From an uncultured Polyangiales bacterium (lineage in GTDB: Bacteria > Myxococcota_A > Polyangia > Polyangiales > JADJMO01): 64,000 bases of DNA. Positions 48,441-57,775 of the stretch are shown piece after piece. Both the position numbers and the translations under genes were made by a program. The stretch is taken from NCBI GenBank assembly GCA_964624885.1, contig CAZUZY010000002.1, forward strand, positions 13,348 to 77,347, given 5' to 3'. The notes below the pieces were generated by a model that was not told the DNA's origin, did not search any database, and saw nothing but the letters and a program-made list of their open reading frames with translations. Numbering within the stretch: the stretch's first letter is position 1; each line of letters opens with the position of its first letter.

Positions 48441-51329
48441 GTGTCCCATCCGGTCCACCTCACCTTCCCGCGCGGCGCCGTGCTGTTCGGGGAGCTGACC
48501 GATTGGCTGCACGGTCGGGTGCTGCCCGAGGGCACGTTCTCGGCGAGCCTTCCGCCCGGGCTCTACGCCTACAAGGCGCGGTTCGGCGACGCCTGGCTCG
48601 AGCCGGGCGGTCGCACGCGCAGCGTGGGTGGGGTCCGCAACGAGGTGCTCGTGGTCGGGGGCGCCGAAGAACCCTTGCTGTTCGCGCCCGGCGCGCCGTG
48701 CGTCAGCGAGGACCTCGACGGCACCTTGCGCGTGTTCGTGGGGCTTCGGCGCGGGCACGGCGAGCACGTGCGGCTCCGATACCGCGAGGATGAAGGAGAC
48801 CCGTTCGTGGCGGTCGACTGTGCGCCGTTCGTCGAAGAGGACGAGCACTCGGTCCTGCTCGCGGTGCTGCCGGTCTCGAGCGACGCCGTGGAGCTCGCGT
48901 TCGAGATCGACGGTCAGGCCCTCGGCGACGTGCTGCGCTGGCAGCGGGGCCCGCGCGTGCGCGTCGAGCTCGGCAACGTGTACACGGTGCTGGTCGATCG
49001 ATTCCGGCGCGTGCCCGAGGCGGCGTGGGTCGACCCCCGCGGCGATGCACCCGCCGGCGGGAACCTCGACGGCGTGACGGCCTCGCTCGACGAGCTCCGT
49101 GCGCTCGGCGTCGAGACCCTCTATCTCACGCCCGTGCAGCGCGCCGCGAGCTGTCACCGCTACGATCTCGTCGACCCGCTGCAGATCGACCCGGCGCTCG
49201 GCGGCGAGGCTGCGTTCGGCCGGCTGGTGGAGGGCGTGCACGCGCGGGGGATGCGGCTCCTGCTCGACTTCTCGTTCGTGCACGTCGGGGCGGGATTCCC
49301 GGCCTACGAGGACGTCCGGAAGCAGGGGCGAGCTTCGCGGTTCGCGGCGTGGTTCCAGTGGCAGGGGGAGCAGCTCCGGCACTACGGGCACCGAGACGAC
49401 GCGCCCTTGCTCGACCTCGCGTCGGCCGAAGTGCGCGCGCTCGCGCTCGAGACCGTCGAGTACCTGGCGCGCCTCGGCGTGGACGGGTTCCGCTTCGACG
49501 CGGTCGCGGACGTGCCGCTCGACTTCGCCGAGGCGGTGCGGAGGCGGTTGCGTGAGGTGCGTCCCGAGGCGATCGTCCTCGGCGAGGTGGTGCCGCCGCA
49601 CGCCTTCCGGTTCGCCTCGGCGGTCGACTTCGCGACGGACTTCTCATTCCACGCCCTCTCTACCGCGTTCGTCGCGCAGCGCTCGATCGACGCCGCCGCG
49701 TTCGCCGAGGGGTTGCGCCGCGCCGAGCTCGTGCGCGGGAGCGTGGGCAGCCGGGCGGTTCGCTTCCTGTCGACCCACGACCACCCGCGGTTCGCCTCGA
49801 TCGCGCGCCGCCACGGGGACTCCGGGCGCACGCCGCTCGGGCTCCTCCTGCTGCTCGCGTCTCCGGGGATTCCAGCGCTGCTCTACGGCGAGGAGCTCGG
49901 TCTCTCGGCGGCGGACGTCGCCATGGAGATCGAGGGCGCCTGGGCCGATCGGATGCCCATGCCGTGGCGCGACCGAGACGAGGAGTTGCGCACGCGGGTG
50001 GCACACTTGCTCGCCCTCCGCGCCCGTTCGCGCGCCCTCGCTCGCGGCTCGTTCGAGGTGCTGTTCGCCGAGGGGCCTCTCCTCGTGTTCCGGAGGCGCG
50101 CAGACGAGACCCTGGACGTCGCGCTCAACGCCTCCGACACCCCCCTCGAGGTGGATCTCGAGGACGACGAGCTCGGCGCGCTGGAGGTGCTCGCGGCGGT
50201 GGGCGAGGCGCGGGTCGTCGGGCAGACGCTGCACCTCGGGGCGAACGCGGGCCTGCTCGTGCGGCGCACCCGGTCGCCGGAGCAAGGGGCGCGGCGCGCG
50301 GCGTTCTTCCACGCGTTGCCGGTCCTGCGGGACCGCGATCTGGCCGCAGCAAGCCCTGTGGTCGCGGGTCGTCCACTCCGCCTCGACTTCTCGCTGACGG
50401 AGGTCTGCAACCTGCGCTGCGCGCATTGTCTCACGCTCGCCCCCGAGAAGACGGCGCGGGGGACGGCCCGGTCGATGAGCCCCGCGGTGCTCGACCGGCT
50501 CCGCGACGACCTCGGGCACGCGGCGTGGTTCGGGTTCGTGCACGGCGGCGAGTCGCTGACGAGCCCGCTCTTGTTCCCGATGCTCCAGGCGATCCAGGAG
50601 GAGCGACCGGGCGGCATGGTCCACCTGCTCACCAACGGCAAGCTCCTGCGCGGCGCGATGACCGCGCGGCTCTACGAGCACGGGGTGCGATCGCTGTTCG
50701 TGTCCCTCGACGGCGCCACGGCGGCGACCAACGATCGCATCCGGATCGGCGGGGATTTTCAGGCGATCTGCGGCAACGTGCGCGCCGCGGTGGAGCTGCG
50801 TGGCGCGCAGGGGCTCGATCTGCGAATCGGCCTCTCCCACGTGGTGATGCGCAGCAACGTGGGGGAGCTCGGCGCGTTCGTCGAGCTCGCCGCACAGCTC
50901 GGGGTGGACTGGGTCAAGCTCGAAGAGCCGGTGCCCGCGACGCCGTTCGCGCGGGCCGAGATGCTCGATCTGCCCGACGATCGCGTCGCGGCGGCGGTCG
51001 AGCGCGCGCGGTCGCTCGGGCTCGTCGCCGTGGACCACGTGACGCCGCCGCCAGTGTGGCGATGCCGCCTCGACGAGCCCGCGCGCGCGTTCCTCGCGGC
51101 CGACGAGTTCGCGAACCGCACCGAGATCCACCCTTGCCGGGCGGCGTGGGAGCGCGCGTGCGTGTTCCCGAACGGAGACGTGGCCATCGACGACTTCCTG
51201 TTGCCGGTGGTGGGCAACGTGCTCGCGACCCCGCTCGCGGAGCTGTGGAACTCGCCCGCGGCGCAGCGGCAGAGAGAGCACGCCGTCGCCCGCTGGATCT
51301 GCGGCGGCAAGCCGACCTGTGTGGGCTAG
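48441..51329 (+). CDS. Fusion protein: GH13 alpha-amylase-family domain (with N-terminal E-set/CBM48-like region) + radical SAM domain with Cys-rich C-terminal extension
   Basis: Track ORF of 962 aa with no internal stop. GH13 regions read by eye: DFSFVH, GVDGFRFDAV (Asp353), IVLGEV (Glu382), FLSTHD (Asp447). Radical SAM motif CNLRCAHC (Cys656/660/663, nt 50406..50429), followed by VHGGESL, LLTNG and VSLDG. C-terminal Cys at 875, 899, 907, 954 and 960. Confidence 0.8.
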   Translation: MSHPVHLTFPRGAVLFGELTDWLHGRVLPEGTFSASLPPGLYAYKARFGDAWLEPGGRTRSVGGVRNEVLVVGGAEEPLLFAPGAPCVSEDLDGTLRVFVGLRRGHGEHVRLRYREDEGDPFVAVDCAPFVEEDEHSVLLAVLPVSSDAVELAFEIDGQALGDVLRWQRGPRVRVELGNVYTVLVDRFRRVPEAAWVDPRGDAPAGGNLDGVTASLDELRALGVETLYLTPVQRAASCHRYDLVDPLQIDPALGGEAAFGRLVEGVHARGMRLLLDFSFVHVGAGFPAYEDVRKQGRASRFAAWFQWQGEQLRHYGHRDDAPLLDLASAEVRALALETVEYLARLGVDGFRFDAVADVPLDFAEAVRRRLREVRPEAIVLGEVVPPHAFRFASAVDFATDFSFHALSTAFVAQRSIDAAAFAEGLRRAELVRGSVGSRAVRFLSTHDHPRFASIARRHGDSGRTPLGLLLLLASPGIPALLYGEELGLSAADVAMEIEGAWADRMPMPWRDRDEELRTRVAHLLALRARSRALARGSFEVLFAEGPLLVFRRRADETLDVALNASDTPLEVDLEDDELGALEVLAAVGEARVVGQTLHLGANAGLLVRRTRSPEQGARRAAFFHALPVLRDRDLAAASPVVAGRPLRLDFSLTEVCNLRCAHCLTLAPEKTARGTARSMSPAVLDRLRDDLGHAAWFGFVHGGESLTSPLLFPMLQAIQEERPGGMVHLLTNGKLLRGAMTARLYEHGVRSLFVSLDGATAATNDRIRIGGDFQAICGNVRAAVELRGAQGLDLRIGLSHVVMRSNVGELGAFVELAAQLGVDWVKLEEPVPATPFARAEMLDLPDDRVAAAVERARSLGLVAVDHVTPPPVWRCRLDEPARAFLAADEFANRTEIHPCRAAWERACVFPNGDVAIDDFLLPVVGNVLATPLAELWNSPAAQRQREHAVARWICGGKPTCVG

Positions 51330-51405
51330 GCTGCAGGCCGATGAAGGAGGCGTCGAGGGTGTGACGCCGATCTCTGATCTCGCTACACGAACGGCCAGCC
51401 GGACG

Positions 51406-51703
51406 TCAGGGGCGTCCGCGCAGCTCGGCGAGGCTCGCGTCGATCCAGTCCTGGTACCAGTCGAGGAAGCCGGTCGGTCGCCCGCGGTGGAGGCGAAGAG
51501 CTGTCCGACGAATGCGCGGTACTCCTCGGGGAGGGTCACGCCCTGCCGCCTCTCCCAGCGGGCGAGGTCGGTCTCCGCGACGGCGTCCATCCTTCGGTAC
51601 TGGTGCGTGTCCGCGCCGAACACCGCGCGGTCCGCGTCCAGGGTGTCGAGCTCGCGGAGGGAGGCGTCGATCCTCTGGAGCCGGCGACGGAGCGTTGCGC
51701 GGG

Positions 51704-51707
<4 letters not shown>
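51406..51707 (-). pseudogene. Degenerate SMI1/KNR4 (SUKH)-like gene remnant, frameshifted
   Basis: ATG 51707 overlaps the kinase TGA (ATGA). The frame reads MTRATLRRRLQRIDASLRELD...DLARWERRQGVTLPEEYRAFVGQLFASTAG with high GC3. GC3 then collapses, while another frame reads RPTGFLDWYQDWIDASLAELRGRP and stops at 51406. The span of 302 nt is not a multiple of 3. Confidence 0.45.
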
Positions 51708-53536
<1,829 letters not shown>

Positions 53537-53588
53537 CCGCTCAGGGTAGCGGCCCCGCGCGGGACGACGAAGTTCGCGGCGAAACCCG

Positions 53589-55352
53589 CTAGTCGCAGGG
53601 CTCGACGCGCAGCTCCACCTCGAGCACCTCGCGGCCCCCGCCGACGTAGATGGTGCCGCTGGTCGGCGTGGCGTCGACGTAGTTGCGGCCCACCGCCACC
53701 CGGATGTGGTCGGTCTGGGTGAGGATGCCGTTGGTCGGATCGAAGCCGCGCCAGCCGACCTCGGGCAGGTACACCTGCACCCAGGCGTGGGAGGCCTCGC
53801 TCTGCACGTGGTGCTCTCCCTTGGGCCCGGTGTACACGTACCCGCAGGCGTAGCGCGCGGGGACCCCGAGCAAGCGCGCGAGGCAGATGAAGAGGTTCGC
53901 GAAATCCTGACAGACGCCGCGGCGGTTGACGTAGACGTCGAACGGGGTCGTCTGCAGGTTGGTCGTGCCCTGGCGGTAGGCGTACTCGCGGAAGATGCTG
54001 TTGTTGAGGTCGAGCAGCGTGTCCACCACGTCGTAGTCGTTGCGCTCGACGAAGCTGTTCGCGTACTCGGTGAGCTCGCGCAGCTCGCTCTCGGGCAGCT
54101 CGGGCGGCAGCAGGAACGGCTGCAGCATGTGGCGCTGCCAGGGCATCCACACGAGCGGGATGGTGGTGCGCGGGTGGCGCAGCCCACCCGGGAACGGCTC
54201 GACGTCGAGCAGCTCCACGCGCGACCGACCCTCGATGCTCATCTCGGTGTAGGGCGTGTCGATGAGCACCCGCCGCGCGCGGTTGCCGAACACGTCGTCG
54301 TACTCGCGCGAGGCCCCGGGGACCGAGACGGTGACGGTGCTCTCGAGCACGGTCTGCAGCCGGTCGTGCGCCGGGATCAAGCGCAGCACGTGGGTGCTGC
54401 GTTCCACCGGCTTGTCGTAGCGGTAGGTGGTCTTGTGCTGCACCGAGAAGCGGCGCACCGGGGCGCGCACGGGGAGGCGCGGCGCGGTCGGCAGGATGCT
54501 GCCCGAGCGCTTCTCCGTCCGCGGGCCCACGTGCGCACGGACCGCGCCCTGCCGGACGACGATGAGGTGCCCGGGCGGCACCTTCTCCCAGGCTGGCTTC
54601 ACCTCGCTCTCGGCGGTGAGCCCGAGGGGCGCCGAGGACACGACCACGCCCTTGCGGCTCTTGACCCCGCGCTTGGCGAGGTCGACCTCGAGATCGTCGT
54701 CGCCGAAGGAGAGCTCGCCGTAGGGCGGGACGAGCTTCCACACATAGATGCCCCGCTCGGCACGGTCGTCGGTCTCGATCGAGACGCGGTCGCCGGCGTC
54801 GGCGTAGACGCAGAGATCCCGCCCGTCGGTGAGCACGGCGGTGATGGTGCCGAGCCGGTTGAGCTCCTCGAACCAGTCGCGGAGCTCGTGGGGATCGGCG
54901 TCGCCGAGCGAGCGCCACCCTTGCTTGGCGAAGCGCCCGAGGAGGTCGCAGAAGATGGCCTCGGTGTCGGTGGAGCCGACCGGCGTGAACGCGGCCTCGT
55001 CGGCGCGTGGGAAGCGCTGGGCCAGGCTGCCCGCGTGGACGAACAGCCAGTCGCGACCGCCGTGGCTGCGGCTGAAGGGCTGGGTGTTGGCGTCGCTGAG
55101 CTGTCCCCAGGTGGCGATGCGGATGTGCAGCAAGAACACCGAGGACTCCAGGTGTTCCCACGCCTTGACCAGCTCCGAGCGGATGCTTCCCTGGGGCGGC
55201 GCGGGCTCCTTGAGCACGGACGCCGAGGGCTCGCCGCCGGGGTAGTAGCCGATGCCCCAGCCGTCGGGGAGCTTGCGTCCAGCGTGCAGGCAGCGGAGGT
55301 CGAAGGAGGGCGCGAGCTCGCCCTCGAAGGACATGGCCAGGAGATTCGGCAT
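53589..55352 (-). CDS. Fusion: class II glutamine amidotransferase-like domain (nucleophile Cys absent) + bacterial transglutaminase N-domain + transglutaminase core
   Basis: Track ORF of 587 aa. The N-terminus is MPNLLAMSFEG, where YafJ-type GATases read MC..L. An in-frame TAG lies 4 codons upstream of the ATG. Bact_transglu_N-like SVQHKTTYRYDKPV. TGase core GVCQDFANLFICLARLLGVPARYACGY...HAWVQVYLPEVGWRGFDPTN. Confidence 0.85.
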   Translation of the reverse strand: MPNLLAMSFEGELAPSFDLRCLHAGRKLPDGWGIGYYPGGEPSASVLKEPAPPQGSIRSELVKAWEHLESSVFLLHIRIATWGQLSDANTQPFSRSHGGRDWLFVHAGSLAQRFPRADEAAFTPVGSTDTEAIFCDLLGRFAKQGWRSLGDADPHELRDWFEELNRLGTITAVLTDGRDLCVYADAGDRVSIETDDRAERGIYVWKLVPPYGELSFGDDDLEVDLAKRGVKSRKGVVVSSAPLGLTAESEVKPAWEKVPPGHLIVVRQGAVRAHVGPRTEKRSGSILPTAPRLPVRAPVRRFSVQHKTTYRYDKPVERSTHVLRLIPAHDRLQTVLESTVTVSVPGASREYDDVFGNRARRVLIDTPYTEMSIEGRSRVELLDVEPFPGGLRHPRTTIPLVWMPWQRHMLQPFLLPPELPESELRELTEYANSFVERNDYDVVDTLLDLNNSIFREYAYRQGTTNLQTTPFDVYVNRRGVCQDFANLFICLARLLGVPARYACGYVYTGPKGEHHVQSEASHAWVQVYLPEVGWRGFDPTNGILTQTDHIRVAVGRNYVDATPTSGTIYVGGGREVLEVELRVEPCD

Positions 55353-55364
55353 CCGCGGGGGATG

Positions 55365-56327
55365 CTACTGCGATTGGCTCTGGCTCGCCTGCACCACTTG
55401 CCCGAGCAGCTCGCCGCCGATCTCGTCGGCGATGCACGCGACCTCGTCGACCACGTGCGTCAAGAGCCCGTGCAGGTCTTCGATCGGACCCTCCGAGGAC
55501 AGCCGCTCGTGCAGCGCGGCGAGCCGAGCCGCGCTCCTCGCCCCGGGCAGATCGGGCGTCGGGCGAATGCGGCCGAAGCGCTCACGGGCCTCCTGGACGC
55601 AGAAGCGAATCGCGCGTGGGTGCCGTGGCTCGAGGACGAGGAACCGCGCGACGCCTTCGCCGGTCACGCGGCCGTGACGTTGCATGAACGCCTCGAGCCC
55701 GGAGCACGCGCGCAGCAGGGCGAGCCACACCGCGTCGTCGACCGCCAGCTCGGCCCCGTCGGCCGCGCGTTCGCGGTGGTACTGCATGTCGAGGATGCGC
55801 GCGGTCTGGCTCGCGCGCTCGAGCACCGCGCCGAGCCACACGAAGTCGAGCGGGAGGTCGTGCAGCATGGTGTTGCGGAGGGCCCCGAGCACCAGCAGGC
55901 ACGCGTCGCGGATGTGACGGTAGAAGTGCTCCCGGTCGGCGTCGAACAGCTCCTCGGCCGCCTCGCTGTTCATCCACAGCCAGAGCTCGTTCACGGTCTG
56001 CCAGACGTCGAGGCTCAGCACTTCGCGGATCGACCGCGCGGTGTCGCGCACGGCGTGGATCGAGGAGCGAATCGAGGTGAGGTTCGCGCGGTCCCAGGTG
56101 AGGTAGCGCTGTACCACCTCGCCGTCCTGCATGGCCGCGTCGCCGAAACGCGCCACGAACCCGGCCTCCTCCCCGGCGACCACGACCACCGGCCGCCACG
56201 ACTGGCGGGCGGAGAGGTCGGCGTCGAGGGCGACCGCGAGCGTCACCGGGAGCACGCGCGCGGTGTTCTCGGCGCGCTCGAGGTAACGACCGAACCAGAA
56301 GCAATGATCGGCGACGCGCGAGATCAC
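55365..56327 (-). CDS. Alpha-E domain protein (DUF403)
   Basis: GTG 56327 lies in the frame of track ORF 55365..57101 and overlaps the upstream TGA (GTGA). VISRVADHCFWFGRYLERAENTARVL is the family's N-terminal signature. Confidence 0.85.
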   Translation of the reverse strand: MISRVADHCFWFGRYLERAENTARVLPVTLAVALDADLSARQSWRPVVVVAGEEAGFVARFGDAAMQDGEVVQRYLTWDRANLTSIRSSIHAVRDTARSIREVLSLDVWQTVNELWLWMNSEAAEELFDADREHFYRHIRDACLLVLGALRNTMLHDLPLDFVWLGAVLERASQTARILDMQYHRERAADGAELAVDDAVWLALLRACSGLEAFMQRHGRVTGEGVARFLVLEPRHPRAIRFCVQEARERFGRIRPTPDLPGARSAARLAALHERLSSEGPIEDLHGLLTHVVDEVACIADEIGGELLGQVVQASQSQSQ

Positions 56328-57775
56328 TTGAGCACCCAGGTGTCCTTGGAGCCACCGCCCTGGCTCGAGTTGACGACGTACGAACCCTCGACGAGCGCGG
56401 TGCGGGTCAGGCCACCTGGCAGCACCCAGGGCCCCTTCGGCCCCGTGAGCACGTAGGGGCGCAGGTCGACCCGCCGCGGCGCGACCTTCCGCTGCTCGCC
56501 GATGAAGGTGGGACAGGTGGAGAGCTCGATCCGCCGCTGCGCGATGTACTTGCGAGGGTCTTCGAGCACGCGGGCCCGGAACTCCGCGCGCTGCTCCGCG
56601 GTCGACTGCGGGCCCATCAGCATGCCGTAGCCGCCGGCCTCGTCGACCGCCTTGACCACCAGCTCCTCGAGGTGGTCGACCACGAAGCGGCGATCGTCGG
56701 GGCGCGCGCACACCCAGGTCGGCACCTGCGCGAGGATCGGCTCTTCGCTCAGGTAGAACCGCACGATGTCGGGCACGTAGGGGTAGATGGCCTTGTCGTC
56801 GGCGACGCCGTTGCCGGGCGCGTTGGCGAGCGTGACGTTGCCCTTGGCCCACGCGCGGAAGATCCCCGGCACCCCGAGCAGGCTGTCCTTGCGGAACACC
56901 TCCGGGTCGAGGAACGCCTCGTCGGTGCGCCGGTAGACGACCTCGACCCGGCGCGGCCCGCGGGTGGTGCGCACCCACACTCGGTCGTCGTCGACGAACA
57001 GATCGACGTTCTGCACGAGCTCGACGCCCATGGTCCGCGCGAGGAACGAGTGCTCGTAGTAGGCCGAGTTGTAGGGGCCCGGCGTGAGCACCACGATGCA
57101 CGCGTCGTCGCGACCCGAAGGCGCGCAGGCGCGCAGGGTGGCGGCGAGCTGCGCGGAGTAGCCGTCCACGCGGTGCACGCGCGCGAGGTCGAACGCCCGG
57201 GTGAGCACGCGCTTGCTGACGGCGCGGTTCTCGAGCACGTACGACACACCCGACGGCGTACGCAGGTTGTCCTCGAGCACCTGGAACGTCCCGCTCGCGT
57301 CGCGGACGAGGTCGATGCCCGAGACGTGCACGCGCACCCCGCCCGGCGGTCGGACCCCGCGGACCACGGGGAGATATTGCTTGGATCCGAGCACGAGCTC
57401 GCGCGGCACCACGCCATCGGTGAGGATGCGCTGGTCACCGTAGACGTCGTCGAGGAACATGCCGAGCGCCTGGACCCGCTGCGCGAGCCCCCGCTCGAGG
57501 TGGCTCCAGTCCTCGGCCGAGACGAGGCGGGGCACGAGGCACACCGGGAAGATCTTCTCGGTGCCGCGCGCGTCGGCGTAGACCGAGAAGGTGACGCCCT
57601 GCGCGAGCAGCGAGCGTTCGGCGAGGGCCTGCTTGCGCGCGAAGGCCTCGGGGGTGGTGGCGTCGATCGCGGCGATCGTCTCGCGGAAAGCAGGCCGGGG
57701 TGTGCCCTCGGGGAGGAACAGCTCGTCGGCCGCCCCCGGGTAGGGGCGGTAGCCCGCGAAGAGGCCCTCAGTCAT
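56324..57775 (-). CDS. Circularly permuted ATP-grasp protein (DUF407-type)
   Basis: ATG 57775 lies in the frame of track ORF 56324..58381. Motifs GVTFSVY...ERIFP-like TEKIFPVCLVPR, VLEDNLRTPSGVSYVLENR, LANAPGNGVADDKAIYPYVP and SSQGGGSKDTWVL. There is an 8-nt overlap with the upstream gene. Confidence 0.85.
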   Translation of the reverse strand: MTEGLFAGYRPYPGAADELFLPEGTPRPAFRETIAAIDATTPEAFARKQALAERSLLAQGVTFSVYADARGTEKIFPVCLVPRLVSAEDWSHLERGLAQRVQALGMFLDDVYGDQRILTDGVVPRELVLGSKQYLPVVRGVRPPGGVRVHVSGIDLVRDASGTFQVLEDNLRTPSGVSYVLENRAVSKRVLTRAFDLARVHRVDGYSAQLAATLRACAPSGRDDACIVVLTPGPYNSAYYEHSFLARTMGVELVQNVDLFVDDDRVWVRTTRGPRRVEVVYRRTDEAFLDPEVFRKDSLLGVPGIFRAWAKGNVTLANAPGNGVADDKAIYPYVPDIVRFYLSEEPILAQVPTWVCARPDDRRFVVDHLEELVVKAVDEAGGYGMLMGPQSTAEQRAEFRARVLEDPRKYIAQRRIELSTCPTFIGEQRKVAPRRVDLRPYVLTGPKGPWVLPGGLTRTALVEGSYVVNSSQGGGSKDTWVLK

